NCBI GenBank assembly: GCA_031316235.1
Contig: JALDRA010000001.1
Coordinates: 2,850,001 to 2,882,000 of the forward strand
DNA length: 32,000 nucleotides
Source of the DNA: Candidatus Scalindua sp.
Lineage (GTDB): Bacteria > Planctomycetota > Brocadiia > Brocadiales > Scalinduaceae
Direction: 5' to 3'
Of this stretch, positions 9,185-17,932 are shown in pieces (position 1 is the first letter of the stretch; each line of letters starts with the position of its first letter). A program made the position numbers and the translations under genes. Under the pieces are notes generated by a model. The model made no database searches. It had not been told where the DNA came from and was given only the letters and a program-made list of their open reading frames with translations.

Positions 9185-9211
9185 TAAACTGAAAAGAAAA
9201 GTGGGTGATAA
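9185..9211 (+). promoter_or_regulatory. Candidate sigma28 (FliA)-type promoter for flgM
   Basis: TAAACTGA-N11-GGTGATAA. It matches TAAAGTTT at 5/8 and GCCGATAA at 6/8 with consensus spacing, and ends 57 nt upstream of the flgM ATG. flgM is a classical FliA-dependent gene in characterised systems. Confidence 0.45.
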
Positions 9212-9267
9212 TTGTGTGTGGTTCAGTTATTCATTTCTTACTATTTGCTGAATAGGAGGTGTTTATA

Positions 9268-9597
9268 ATGCCAATAGAAAGTGTTTCTCATGTAGGTCAT
9301 GGGTTGATTGACAGTATTAAGGGTGACAATGCTCTTAAAAAAAATGAAGGAATTAAACCTGTTTCTGGAGTATCTAAGGAGGGACATAACCTTAATGTAG
9401 TCGATAAAGTTGAAATTTCTGAAGAAGTGCAAGGATTACAAAATATGTTGTCGAAGCTTAAGGCTGATCTGGAAAAAGTACCAGATGTGCGTCCTGGAAA
9501 GGTTGAACACGCAAGGAAACGTATGGAAAGCGGATTTTACGATAAACAGGATGTGATTGCCAAGGTTGCTGGAGACATAAAGAAGCTGACAATTTAA
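9268..9597 (+). CDS. flgM: Anti-sigma-28 factor FlgM
   Basis: AGGAGG lies 7 nt upstream of the ATG at 9268; the ORF-track start at 9259 has no RBS. Small, Gly/Lys-rich N-terminus. C-terminal FlgM signature: VDKVEISEE...LEKVPDVRPGKVEHARKRMESGFYDKQDVIAKVAGDI. Confidence 0.8.
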   Translation: MPIESVSHVGHGLIDSIKGDNALKKNEGIKPVSGVSKEGHNLNVVDKVEISEEVQGLQNMLSKLKADLEKVPDVRPGKVEHARKRMESGFYDKQDVIAKVAGDIKKLTI

Positions 9598-10014
9598 AGT
9601 TTCTGGAGAATCCTCTTTTTGTATCCGGAACCGTCATAACCATTTCGTTTGGTGGTAAACGAGGTTTCGCTAGAATACAGCAAAAATTTTTGATGATCGG
9701 CAAAATATCGATCTATTTTTCCACTGGCCCTTAAATAAGGTTCCCGGGCAGTAAAATCATTTGCTGACTGGGAACCTCTTTTTGTTTTCAGGCTGCAATG
9801 TTTTACCCCTTTTGTTTCACACACCAGAAAATATTTCGTTTCTTATCCTCCTCGGTATTTTAAATCTAAATAAGCTTGCCATTAATTCATTATAAGACGA
9901 GTATAAAACTTCCTTTCAGATGTATGACTCCATCCTGAGCTGACTTCAATGTCTCATTTTAGCCTTAAAAAAGGATACCGCAGGACAACGGGATAGTATC
10001 AATAGCTGCTGTTT

Positions 10015-10029
10015 TGGCATTAAATATGC
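10015..10029 (+). promoter_or_regulatory. Candidate sigma54 promoter for the TPR gene at 10082
   Basis: TGGCAT-TAAAT-ATGCT with exact GG-N10-GC spacing. The predicted start site near 10041 is downstream of the ORF-track ATG at 10037 and upstream of the in-frame ATGs at 10082 and 10094. Confidence 0.45.
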
Positions 10030-10081
10030 TGAGTGTATGCTAGTCAAGAATGGAAGTTTTACAGTTTTACCTGATAGGGAA

Positions 10082-11335
10082 ATGGAGACAGTAATGGAAA
10101 ATACGGGAAAGATTCTCTCTCTGTTTGGCATAATCCGGAGTTTTTGCATTGTTGTAACGGTTGTTCCTGTTTTCCTGTTTCCTGTTTCTTCTGAATGTGA
10201 AGCAGGAAAGAAATATAAGATGGTTGTCTTACCATTCCGAGATAATACCTCCATGGATTTCGGGGAGATGGTTTCTGATGTTTTGAGGAGTATGGTAACT
10301 CAAACAAAGTATTTTGAATCTGTGGAGAGAGACAAGATGTATGAGACCATAATCACCGTGTTGCCTAGTAACTTGATAAAAGTGGATAATATAACGAGGA
10401 TAGGGGGTGAATTTACTGCAAACCAGATAGATGTGATTTCCCGTTTGGAGAGAAAAAAGATTCAGAAGGTTTGCAAGAAATTGAGAGCTGACTACGTCAT
10501 AAAGGGTAGTATCTCTCAGGTTGCTGATGTGTTGAGGGTTGATGTTGAGATTATAGATGTCAAGGAAAACGAACTGTTAGGATTTGTTGATGTAGAAGGG
10601 ATGCCTGAAAAATTGTTAACGGGTATGTTGGAAGAGTTGACTGGCAAAATATCACTCTTCTGTAAAAACATAAATTCTTATAATGATGCGCTGTACATTT
10701 TGGGGCAATATAACCAGGGACTGTATACCCTTGATGTGGCGGAAAAAAAACTTAAAGAACTCCTTTCGGGTATTCAAAATTCAATTGGAATACGGGCAGT
10801 ACTCATGACGCTCTATCTGTCGGAAAATTCAAAAATACAATTCCGATCACTACAACAGGATAGCTTTTCTGAAATAGGTGACAAGATAACGGGAGAGGGG
10901 GAAGAAATTTTGAAACTTTTACAGAACAGGTATGATGAAAAAGTTCTTGAAGTATTTCTCTCTATGGGTCTTGATCCTTTTAAAGAAGTTGCAAATATTT
11001 ATGTAAAGAGAGGTGATACCAAAAAAGCCATTGACATATACCGCAAGGCAATTAGAGTCTACCCGATAAATCTCGCTGAACACTATACAGAAATTGGGAG
11101 GTTGTATAACAGACAAGGTATGGACAGTGAGGCTATACAGGCTTTTGAAATGGCATTGGAAATAAATAGTAGTAATAATGAATTACGCTTAGTCTTGGCA
11201 GGATTATTAAAGAAAAACAGATTTCCAGAAAGAGCACGGAATCATCTTGAAGTGTGCATGAAATATGCAAGGAATGCTGAGGAAATTGAGCATGTCAGGG
11301 AAGAGATTAGCAAATTGCCGGTTTCCGTTCAGTAG
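10082..11335 (+). CDS. Exported protein: N-terminal alpha/beta domain resembling the TolB_N/CsgG/LpoB/FlgO-type fold, plus C-terminal TPR repeats
   Basis: Signal-peptide-like N-terminus (ILSLFGIIRSFCIVVTVVPVFLFPV). KMVVLPFRDNTS...GEMVSDVLRSMV...YFESVERDKM...ADYVIKGSISQVADVLRVDVEIIDVKENELLG is the pattern of that periplasmic domain class. The C-terminus is TPR-like (KAIDIYRKAIRVYPINLAEHYTEIGRLYNRQGMDSEAIQAFEMALEIN). Start chosen at 10082 (AGGGA RBS); 10094 is also possible. Confidence 0.8.
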   Translation: METVMENTGKILSLFGIIRSFCIVVTVVPVFLFPVSSECEAGKKYKMVVLPFRDNTSMDFGEMVSDVLRSMVTQTKYFESVERDKMYETIITVLPSNLIKVDNITRIGGEFTANQIDVISRLERKKIQKVCKKLRADYVIKGSISQVADVLRVDVEIIDVKENELLGFVDVEGMPEKLLTGMLEELTGKISLFCKNINSYNDALYILGQYNQGLYTLDVAEKKLKELLSGIQNSIGIRAVLMTLYLSENSKIQFRSLQQDSFSEIGDKITGEGEEILKLLQNRYDEKVLEVFLSMGLDPFKEVANIYVKRGDTKKAIDIYRKAIRVYPINLAEHYTEIGRLYNRQGMDSEAIQAFEMALEINSSNNELRLVLAGLLKKNRFPERARNHLEVCMKYARNAEEIEHVREEISKLPVSVQ

Positions 11336-11619
11336 GAATATTTCCTTACTTTGCAGTATAAGATTCACCATTTATATAATAAAATCAGAAATAAATTGTT
11401 TATTTTTTAAACATTTTGTGTAGAATGCTACCACGCCAAAAAAGATGTTTCTTTATAGCCCCAGAAGATTTAATGAAATAACAGATATCTATAAGGGAAT
11501 TTTAGGTTTTCATATGAGTATTCTGGCAGGGACTCTTTTTTTTATAGATATACGCAGAGATATCTTACCAATAGATAAAAAATCTTTTTTGTATCCAGAA
11601 ATTTGGAGGAATCTGGGAA

Positions 11620-13017
11620 ATGAGTGACAGTAAGAGCGGTCATGAGACTGGAAGTCAGGCAGGAGTAAAGCCAGTAATCCTTGTAGTTGATGATGAGGAA
11701 ACCATCAGGTCCTGTTTAAAAGAGGCTCTGGAGGGAGAGGGTTATAAGGTCTATATCGAAGAGAATGGGAAAAATTCCTTAAGTTTAATAAAGAGGGTGG
11801 TTCCTGATTTAGTTTTGGTGGATTTAAAAATGCCGGGTATGAATGGTATTGATCTGTTGAGAGAGGTAAAATCTCTTGATCGGAATATCCTCGTAATTCT
11901 TTTAACCGGGCATGGTTCTGTTGATACAGCGGTAACTGCTATTAAGGCGGGCGCCTTTGATTATTTGGAGAAACCCTTTAAAATCGAGCATATCAAGGTC
12001 GTTGTCGGTAAGGCCTTAAGTACTCAATCTTTAATGAGGGAAGTGATAAGGCTCAGGGAAAAAGCTGGTGTTATTGGGATTGAAAATGTAATTGCTGTCA
12101 GTAAAGAGATGAAGAAGGTCTTTGAACATGTCAAAATAATAGCGGAAAGCCCATCAAGCACGGTATTGATCCAGGGGGAGAGTGGAACAGGAAAAGAATT
12201 GATTGCGAATTATATCCATACGATGAGTTCTCGGAGTAATTACAGATTTGTTGATATAAATTGTGCTGCTTTGACAGAAAATTTGCTTGAAGCTGAGTTG
12301 TTTGGTTATGAAAAAGGAGCTTTTACGGGTGCTTCTTCAACAGGTAAGTCCGGTTTGTTTGAGGTCGCACAAAGGGGATCTATATTTCTTGATGAGATAG
12401 GTGAAATGAGTATGCCCTTACAGGCTAAATTATTAAGGGCATTACAGGAAAAGAGGTTCAAAAGGGTGGGGGGCATAGATGATATAGATGTGGATGTGAG
12501 GATAATAGCCTCAACCAATAGAAATTTGGAAGAAGAAGTGGATAAAGGTCAATTTAGAAAGGATCTCTACTATCGCTTAAAAGTTTTACCCGTGTATTTA
12601 TATCCTCTGAGGGAGAGGAAGGATGATATTGTTCCTCTTGCAAAATCCTTTGTGCACAAGTTTAATAACGAATTTAAAAAGAAGGTCAATACTATAACCT
12701 CGGAAATAGAAGGAATCCTGGTGAATTATGATTGGCCTGGTAATGTCAGAGAATTAAAAAACGTGGTAGAACGGGCAGTTCTCCTTTCAAGCACAAACAC
12801 GCTTTCTGCTGAGCATATATTATTAGGGAATGTATTTAGTAAGAAAAATGAGGCTGAAGATACGATAACAGATCTCTCTATTTCTGCTGTCGAGCAGAAA
12901 CATATAACGAAAATCCTTAAGGAAACATCATGGAGAATGACAAAAGCTGCTAAAATTCTGGGTATCAACCGTACCACTTTATACAACAAGATTAAGCAAT
13001 ATAATTTAAAACAGTGA
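11620..13017 (+). CDS. Sigma54-dependent response regulator (NtrC family: REC + AAA+ + Fis-type HTH)
   Basis: REC with DLVLVDLKMPGMNG. Walker A GESGTGKE. Sigma54-contact loop EKGAFTGAS. WPGNVRELKN. C-terminal HTH MTKAAKILGINRTTLYNKIKQY. GGAGG lies 10 nt upstream. Confidence 0.95.
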   Translation: MSDSKSGHETGSQAGVKPVILVVDDEETIRSCLKEALEGEGYKVYIEENGKNSLSLIKRVVPDLVLVDLKMPGMNGIDLLREVKSLDRNILVILLTGHGSVDTAVTAIKAGAFDYLEKPFKIEHIKVVVGKALSTQSLMREVIRLREKAGVIGIENVIAVSKEMKKVFEHVKIIAESPSSTVLIQGESGTGKELIANYIHTMSSRSNYRFVDINCAALTENLLEAELFGYEKGAFTGASSTGKSGLFEVAQRGSIFLDEIGEMSMPLQAKLLRALQEKRFKRVGGIDDIDVDVRIIASTNRNLEEEVDKGQFRKDLYYRLKVLPVYLYPLRERKDDIVPLAKSFVHKFNNEFKKKVNTITSEIEGILVNYDWPGNVRELKNVVERAVLLSSTNTLSAEHILLGNVFSKKNEAEDTITDLSISAVEQKHITKILKETSWRMTKAAKILGINRTTLYNKIKQYNLKQ

Positions 13018-13073
13018 CTTCAGGTGAGCAGCAAAGAAGTATAAGTTGAAAATCTTCTCTGCAGAATGAAGTG

Positions 13074-13185
13074 TATACTAAAACCGATCTGGTTTTCGGT
13101 TTTACCGGAAACCAGATCTTGGTGAAGGTATACTCGCTCAAATTTATCTCGGATTTTATCCGAAATCCATTATGAGATGAGTATA
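13074..13185 (+). repeat. Bipartite palindromic element, copy 2 (reference copy, 112 bp: 59-bp module A + 53-bp module B)
   Basis: Module A: TATACTAAAACC-GATCTGGTTTTCGG-TTTTA-CCGGAAACCAGATC-TTGGTGAAGGTATA. Module B: CTCGCTCAAATTTATCTCGGATTTTATCCGAAATCCATTATGAGATGAGTATA. The copy ends 11 nt before the RBS of the gene at 13208. Confidence 0.9.
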
Positions 13186-13207
13186 CAAGCCCACAAAAGG
13201 AGATGAT

Positions 13208-13690
13208 GTGGAGGTATTTGAAAAAAAACTGGGAGAGATCTTGATTGATGAAGGGAAAGTCTGTTTGGAGGATGTGAAATCTGCTTTATCAATCCAAAAA
13301 AAAAGTTCTCAGCATAAACTTTTAGGTGGAATCTTAATCGAGCTAAGTTTGATTTCAAAGGATGATTTGGCTCTTGCGTTGAATAGGCAGCTTCTGTATA
13401 CATCAGAAACAAATGCGTTGGGTCTGGATTTAAGTGATGATGATAGAATTAAGAAAATTGCAGATAAATATCGGGGATCTGAATATTTTGAAGAGTTAAA
13501 CGAGTTGATTGGTGTGATAACTCACAAGATACGCAATCCATTGTCCGGTATTTCTGCTGCCGTTGAGGTTCTTCGAGAAAAAGTTGGGGTCAGCGATGTA
13601 AATGAAAAGTTCTTTAAGATGATTTTTAAAGAAATAGATAGTTTGGAAAAAGTAGCAAAAAATCTTTTCAGGGAATTTTCTCACAAGTAA
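13208..13690 (+). CDS. Small signalling protein: N-terminal T2SSE_N/MshEN-like domain plus a HisKA (DHp) module with H-box, no ATPase domain
   Basis: GTG start 5 nt after AAAGGAG. KLGEILIDEGKVCLEDVKSALSIQ and LLGGILIELSLISKDDLALALNRQ fit the 24-residue MshEN motif. LIGVITHKIRNPLSGISAAVEVL is a HisKA H-box. The protein ends at 160 aa with no N, G1 or G2 boxes. Confidence 0.8.
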   Translation: MEVFEKKLGEILIDEGKVCLEDVKSALSIQKKSSQHKLLGGILIELSLISKDDLALALNRQLLYTSETNALGLDLSDDDRIKKIADKYRGSEYFEELNELIGVITHKIRNPLSGISAAVEVLREKVGVSDVNEKFFKMIFKEIDSLEKVAKNLFREFSHK

Positions 13691-13715
13691 TATTTGGTAA
13701 TTGGGAAACCGGTAC

Positions 13716-14855
13716 ATGAACTTCAGAATTCTGTTGGTGGATGACGAGGAAACGCTCAGGTCTGTTTTACAAGAGACCCTGGCTGGAGAAGGCTATAGTG
13801 TTGATGTCGCAAATGATGGCTTTCAGGCTCTGGAACGTTTCAAGATCACATCATATGATTTACTTATTACCGATGTAAGGATGCAAGGCATGGATGGTTT
13901 ACAACTTATCCGTGAGATTAAGAAAAATGGCCTGCCGGTAAATGTTATTATGATTACCGCATACGGTTCTGGAGAGGCTATAAAAGAAGCAATGCGGCTG
14001 GGTGTTGTGGAATTATTTAATAAACCATTTAAACTGCAGGAAATAAAAGACGCAATAACGAGAATACTGAACCGTATTTTGCATGAAAAAGGAAAGAATT
14101 CCATTTCTTCAAGAGCAGAAAACCGTGAAGAACTATCCATAGCAGATTCTCTTTTGGTACCTGCAGGTTTGTCGTATTATGTAGGAGTACCGGGAAATCA
14201 ACAATGGAATACAGCAGTTTTTGATTTTGTTGCCAGAAACAGTAAAAAGGCTTTGGCCATATTTGGAAATATTCATAGCAGGGCTGAAAGGCCTGGTGAA
14301 TGGTGGGATAACAGGCAGATAACAATAATGATTCAGACTCTCTTTAGGTCTAATATGAAGAGTACTCCAAGAAAAATTGTATCGGTAATTAATGATTTTC
14401 TGTCGAGAAATATTTTTCCGCATGTTGAGGTTTCAATACTCTGTCTTCTGGTAGATGTGAAAAAGAGTGAGATCCGGTATGTACATTATGGAAGCAATCT
14501 GGTGTGTTCTGTTTTTTCTCCCGGTGGGAAGATTGAAATCTTGGAATCCTGTCCTGTTTTGCTGGGTGTATCTCCAGGGGTTGAAATATGCGAGAGTTCG
14601 ATGACATATGGTGATGAAAACCAACTGATGTTGCTGGGTTGCAATTCGATAACAAGTGTTGCAGAAAGAGAGTCGCTTTTGAGACAAGCAGTTGATGTCG
14701 TTTTGTTGTCAACGAGATATAATCAAAGAATACAATTGAATAAGGAAGCCTTCAGATCACGGATTGCGAATAAGAAAGAGGCAGACTTTGATGATGAAAC
14801 GTACGTATTGATGAATCTTGATTGGGATGATACCGTGAGTTTCGCACAAAACTAA
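13716..14855 (+). CDS. Response-regulator receiver fused to a degenerate SpoIIE/PP2C-like domain
   Basis: REC: ILLVDDEETLR, DLLITDVRMQGMDG, VIMITAYG, LFNKPF. The C-terminal half aligns by eye to SpoIIE blocks: VFDFV...LAIFGNIHSR; VSILCLLVDVKKSEIRYVHYGSN; PVLLGVSPG...GDENQLMLLGCNS. The usual DVSGHG and TDG Asp residues are absent. Start taken at ATG 13716; the ORF-track TTG at 13701 is possible. Confidence 0.8.
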   Translation: MNFRILLVDDEETLRSVLQETLAGEGYSVDVANDGFQALERFKITSYDLLITDVRMQGMDGLQLIREIKKNGLPVNVIMITAYGSGEAIKEAMRLGVVELFNKPFKLQEIKDAITRILNRILHEKGKNSISSRAENREELSIADSLLVPAGLSYYVGVPGNQQWNTAVFDFVARNSKKALAIFGNIHSRAERPGEWWDNRQITIMIQTLFRSNMKSTPRKIVSVINDFLSRNIFPHVEVSILCLLVDVKKSEIRYVHYGSNLVCSVFSPGGKIEILESCPVLLGVSPGVEICESSMTYGDENQLMLLGCNSITSVAERESLLRQAVDVVLLSTRYNQRIQLNKEAFRSRIANKKEADFDDETYVLMNLDWDDTVSFAQN

Positions 14856-14984
14856 AAGAAAAGATACACTCAAAAGTGATAGATAAAGGTGCAGGATTCA
14901 GTATTGCATTCCTTTGAAGATTTACCCTCAATGCCTCAATTTGGGTTTGGTTTGATGTTGTGAGTGGAAAAGAGGAATTACGGG

Positions 14985-15755
14985 ATGCTTAAATTCATAC
15001 CTGAAAGACTTCGGCGTATACCAGGAAAGTGCAAATCTGTTCCGGGAAGGTTGGATTCCTTTATACAGGGTACCGGTGGATATAAGGTATTTGTCTACAT
15101 AAATCTTGCAATCTTATCATTGATCGTTGTGCTTATCTTGCTGCAACAGAGTTGGATTAATAAAGAAAAGAAGGCCATAACGGATATAGTAAATGTGCAC
15201 AATATTGACAATGTTCAGAAGAAAGATGAAGCTGCAGAGATGTCGAGTGGATCGCACAGTGGTATCGCGCAAGAAGAACTGCATTCCATCGATGAATTAC
15301 AGCTTACCATAAAGAAAAAGATAAAAGAAGCTGATCTCTATTTTGTCTATGAGCAGTATGATAAGGCTGCACCGATTTATGAAGAGTTATCTGCAGCAAA
15401 GAATTTTTTTGATGAAAAGGATAAGGTGCTTAACAATCTTGCCGAAAGTTATTTTTGTTTGGGTAATTTTGAACTTGCTATGGAAACATATCGGAAGCTA
15501 TTGAACGATTATTTTAATACACCTTACAGGTTGAATGCTCAATTAGGAGAAGGGAAGTGCCTGATTCATTTAAGTAAATTTGGTGAAGCACGTAGAGTTT
15601 TATACCTACTGGTTGCCAAGGAGGCAGATTATGATGGGGAAGATGATAAAGCGAAGATTATAGAAGCGTATTATAACATTGCAGAAAGTTATATAGCACA
15701 AGCAATGGAACATAAGGATAAAGGCCGGGTAATTAGTAATCATGAAAATTTGTAA
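14985..15755 (+). CDS. Membrane-anchored TPR-like protein
   Basis: ATG lies 8 nt after AGAGGA; the ORF-track GTG at 14964 is less likely. One TM segment (VFVYINLAILSLIVVLILL), then TPR-like helices (ADLYFVYEQYDKAAPIYEEL, NLAESYFCLGNFELAMETYRKLL). Lies 12 nt from the next gene. Confidence 0.75.
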   Translation: MLKFIPERLRRIPGKCKSVPGRLDSFIQGTGGYKVFVYINLAILSLIVVLILLQQSWINKEKKAITDIVNVHNIDNVQKKDEAAEMSSGSHSGIAQEELHSIDELQLTIKKKIKEADLYFVYEQYDKAAPIYEELSAAKNFFDEKDKVLNNLAESYFCLGNFELAMETYRKLLNDYFNTPYRLNAQLGEGKCLIHLSKFGEARRVLYLLVAKEADYDGEDDKAKIIEAYYNIAESYIAQAMEHKDKGRVISNHENL

Positions 15756-15766
15756 AGAATAAGTAC

Positions 15767-17485
15767 ATGAAAATAGAAAACGCATCTCCTTTTTTTGTGT
15801 TGTTGATTTTTATTCTCTTTATAGGATTTGGGAAAGATTGCGGTGCAGGTGTTCGAAACGAAAAAAGGGATCATTTGTCAACACCTGTCGGAAATGTGGA
15901 TGAAAAAAGATTAGTGTTTGAAAAGAAACTCTTGGAAGGATTGATGAAGTTGTTAGACTTGAAACAGCACGAGATTGTTCCTGATAAGCAAAAGACAGCT
16001 GAACGAATTATTAAAAATGAAAATCTGTTCGTTAAGAGAGAAGTCAATGATAGAGGAATAGTGCTTTATACCGTGAATGCACAATTTGTACCCATCAATG
16101 ATATATTAGAGGCAATTGCTTCCTATAGCGGGAGAAAGATTTTCATAGATGAGGATATTGGGGAGAAGACAATGACTACCGTTGTTTCTGTCTCTTTAGA
16201 GAATACCCCGTTTTCAGACATAATGGAGATCATTATCGGATCAAGCGGTCTTGAGTCGATAGTAAGCGATGACATTGTCATTGTCACATTACCAGCCAAA
16301 CTGGATGTCGTTTCTGCTTATGATTATTATAAGGAAAAGGCCGTACAGGTCTATCAGATGGCAATGATTAAATATCCAGATTATGAGAACATTGCAGATG
16401 CGTATTTTGAGCTTGGAGATTTTTATCTGGCTGCAGGCCTTCCAACGATTGCATTACAAGAGTTCCAAATCATTCTGGAAAAATACAAAGGGTATCCGAA
16501 AGGAAACATATCGATGTATAACATCGCTAAATGTTATGAATTGCTTGGCGATACTGAAAATGCATTAAAAAGTTACCTGATGTATGCAAAAAAATATCCG
16601 AGAGATGCTAATGTTGGTGATGCCTATCTTAAAGCCGGTGATTTGTGGAGAAAACAAAATGAGTATCAAAAGGCTATTGAAATCTTTAAATATATCATTT
16701 CTGAGTTTCAAGGGAAAGATATTGCAAGGGTTGCAGAGTTGCGTTTAGGATATACGTACATTGACAATGAAGACTATGTTTCTGCATTGAAGTTATTCAC
16801 GGAGATGAAAGAGAGAGAATTGTTTCGTGACTTTCACAATGAGATCGAATATCAAATGGGGAACTGCTGCTATCTGATGGGTGAGTATTCCAAAGCAATT
16901 GACATATTAAATAAATTTATCATGTATAATGAAGGAAATGAGCTTCTCGTTGATGCGTATTATAAACTGGCGGATTGTTTTTTTAAACTTGAGGAATATC
17001 TAGCGGCATTTCAATTATATAAAGGTGCTCTCTCGGAATTTAATGAAAGCAGTTTAGCACCCTATGGTTACCTGCATTGTGGAATATCCCTGCGCAAGTT
17101 GAAGATGTTTGAAAATGCTGCAAAAATTCTTAGAGAAGGATTCCGCCTCTATCCGGACAATGTATACACGGGAAGTATGAAATTTGAGATGGCCCTATGT
17201 TATTACGAGGATGGAAATTTCAAGCGTGCTTTTGATGTTTTCGAAAGCATTACCCAGGACACATCAAACAGCTCTTTTGCTGTTGAGGCTAATATGTATG
17301 CTGGTATCTGCCTTAGCGGGGAAAAGCAGTATCAGAGAGCATTGGAATTCTATCAAAAGGCACTCGATGCAGCACCCGCCATGGAAGAGAGGGAGTGGAT
17401 ATTTAGTTTAATAGGCGATTGTTATACTGAACTTGGTGAATTGGCCAATGCGGTAAAGGCATATCAACAAGAGTTTCCTCGATAA
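15767..17485 (+). CDS. Exported protein with an STN/secretin-N0-like domain followed by a long TPR array
   Basis: N-terminal hydrophobic segment (FFVLLIFILFIGFG). VNAQFVPINDILEAIASYSGRKIFIDEDI...VSVSLENTPFSDIMEIIIGSSGLESIVSDDIVIVT matches the STN/secretin N-terminal pattern. Then at least 8 TPR/YbgF-like repeats (e.g. ADAYFELGDFYLAAGLPTIALQEFQIILEKYKGYP). Confidence 0.8.
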   Translation: MKIENASPFFVLLIFILFIGFGKDCGAGVRNEKRDHLSTPVGNVDEKRLVFEKKLLEGLMKLLDLKQHEIVPDKQKTAERIIKNENLFVKREVNDRGIVLYTVNAQFVPINDILEAIASYSGRKIFIDEDIGEKTMTTVVSVSLENTPFSDIMEIIIGSSGLESIVSDDIVIVTLPAKLDVVSAYDYYKEKAVQVYQMAMIKYPDYENIADAYFELGDFYLAAGLPTIALQEFQIILEKYKGYPKGNISMYNIAKCYELLGDTENALKSYLMYAKKYPRDANVGDAYLKAGDLWRKQNEYQKAIEIFKYIISEFQGKDIARVAELRLGYTYIDNEDYVSALKLFTEMKERELFRDFHNEIEYQMGNCCYLMGEYSKAIDILNKFIMYNEGNELLVDAYYKLADCFFKLEEYLAAFQLYKGALSEFNESSLAPYGYLHCGISLRKLKMFENAAKILREGFRLYPDNVYTGSMKFEMALCYYEDGNFKRAFDVFESITQDTSNSSFAVEANMYAGICLSGEKQYQRALEFYQKALDAAPAMEEREWIFSLIGDCYTELGELANAVKAYQQEFPR

Positions 17486-17883
17486 GACAAATCCTGAAAT
17501 TTTTCCTGCCCGGTGTGATGAATAGCAGGGTTAACATTTTTTTTCATGATTAGGCAGGTTGTGAATAAAATGAACAGATCGTATAAAAAACCGGCGGGTA
17601 ATTCTCCGTAAACGTACACTTCTTTTTCCTTCCAAATATTTTTGATCAGGAGTACTGCTAACGGTTTCCCGGTTAAAAATGTTGTTTGACGATTGCTACC
17701 ATTTTCTTATTCAGGCCTGCTGTTTTATTACATCCTGTCTGCTTTGTTATTTGCATCATTAACTCGTTCCGTCCAATCTCCATCATCTGCTACGTATCGA
17801 AGGTAATATTTTTCCGTCATGAAGTTTCCGGTATATGTGTATATGCTGATTTGTTTATAGAGGCTGTTCTTCACCCCTGTTAG

Positions 17884-17898
17884 TGGCACTAAGTTTGC
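17884..17898 (+). promoter_or_regulatory. Sigma54 promoter (consensus-perfect core) for the 18079-20093 operon
   Basis: TGGCAC-TAAGT-TTGCG is a full match to TGGCAC-N5-TTGC. A 10-base match is expected well under once by chance in this window. It is intergenic and correctly oriented. The predicted start is near 17910. Confidence 0.6.
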
Positions 17899-17932
17899 GG
17901 GAATATGTTGTCTGTTCTTCTCTTCTGGAAAG

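Noticed and set aside
9458-9824. Minus-strand ORFs 9458..9703 and 9594..9824 downstream of or antisense to flgM
   Set aside because: One is antisense to flgM. The other starts at a GTG 22 nt from the nearest Shine-Dalgarno-like sequence and has a random-looking composition. I treat 9598-10014 as non-coding (417 bp), function unknown.
10037-10081. ORF-track start (ATG 10037) for the TPR protein
   Set aside because: It has no RBS and lies within or upstream of the predicted sigma54 start site (~10041). The in-frame ATG at 10082 follows AGGGA and gives a normal signal peptide. The start was moved to 10082, with uncertainty.
11445-11627. 60-aa ORF overlapping the start of the sigma54 regulator
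   Set aside because: The stretch is AT-rich and promoter-like, with no RBS and no recognisable domain. The sequence contains homopolymer runs typical of intergenic DNA. It is probably the regulator's 5' region.
14894-14908. Weak sigma54-like motifs: AGGATT-N5-TTGCA at 14894-14908, and GGGAAT-N5-TTGCT at 20319-20332
   Set aside because: Only the GG and the -12 half match. The second would place the start site on top of the regulator's start codon. They are indistinguishable from chance occurrences of GG-N10-GC.
17505-17544. Possible intrinsic terminator after the 15767-17485 gene (CCTGC-N15-GCAGG followed by T8)
   Set aside because: The stem is only 5 bp, the loop is 15 nt, and there are 7 nt between the stem and the T-run. 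This does not meet usual terminator criteria.
17728-17820. 30-codon minus-strand ORF (MTEKYYLRYVADDGDWTERVNDANNKADRM), and the 65-aa plus ORF 17686..17883, in the spacer before the sigma54 promoter
   Set aside because: Neither has an RBS. Both are too short to evaluate without homology searches, and the plus ORF overlaps the promoter. They might be a gene relic, but this is not supportable as a feature.
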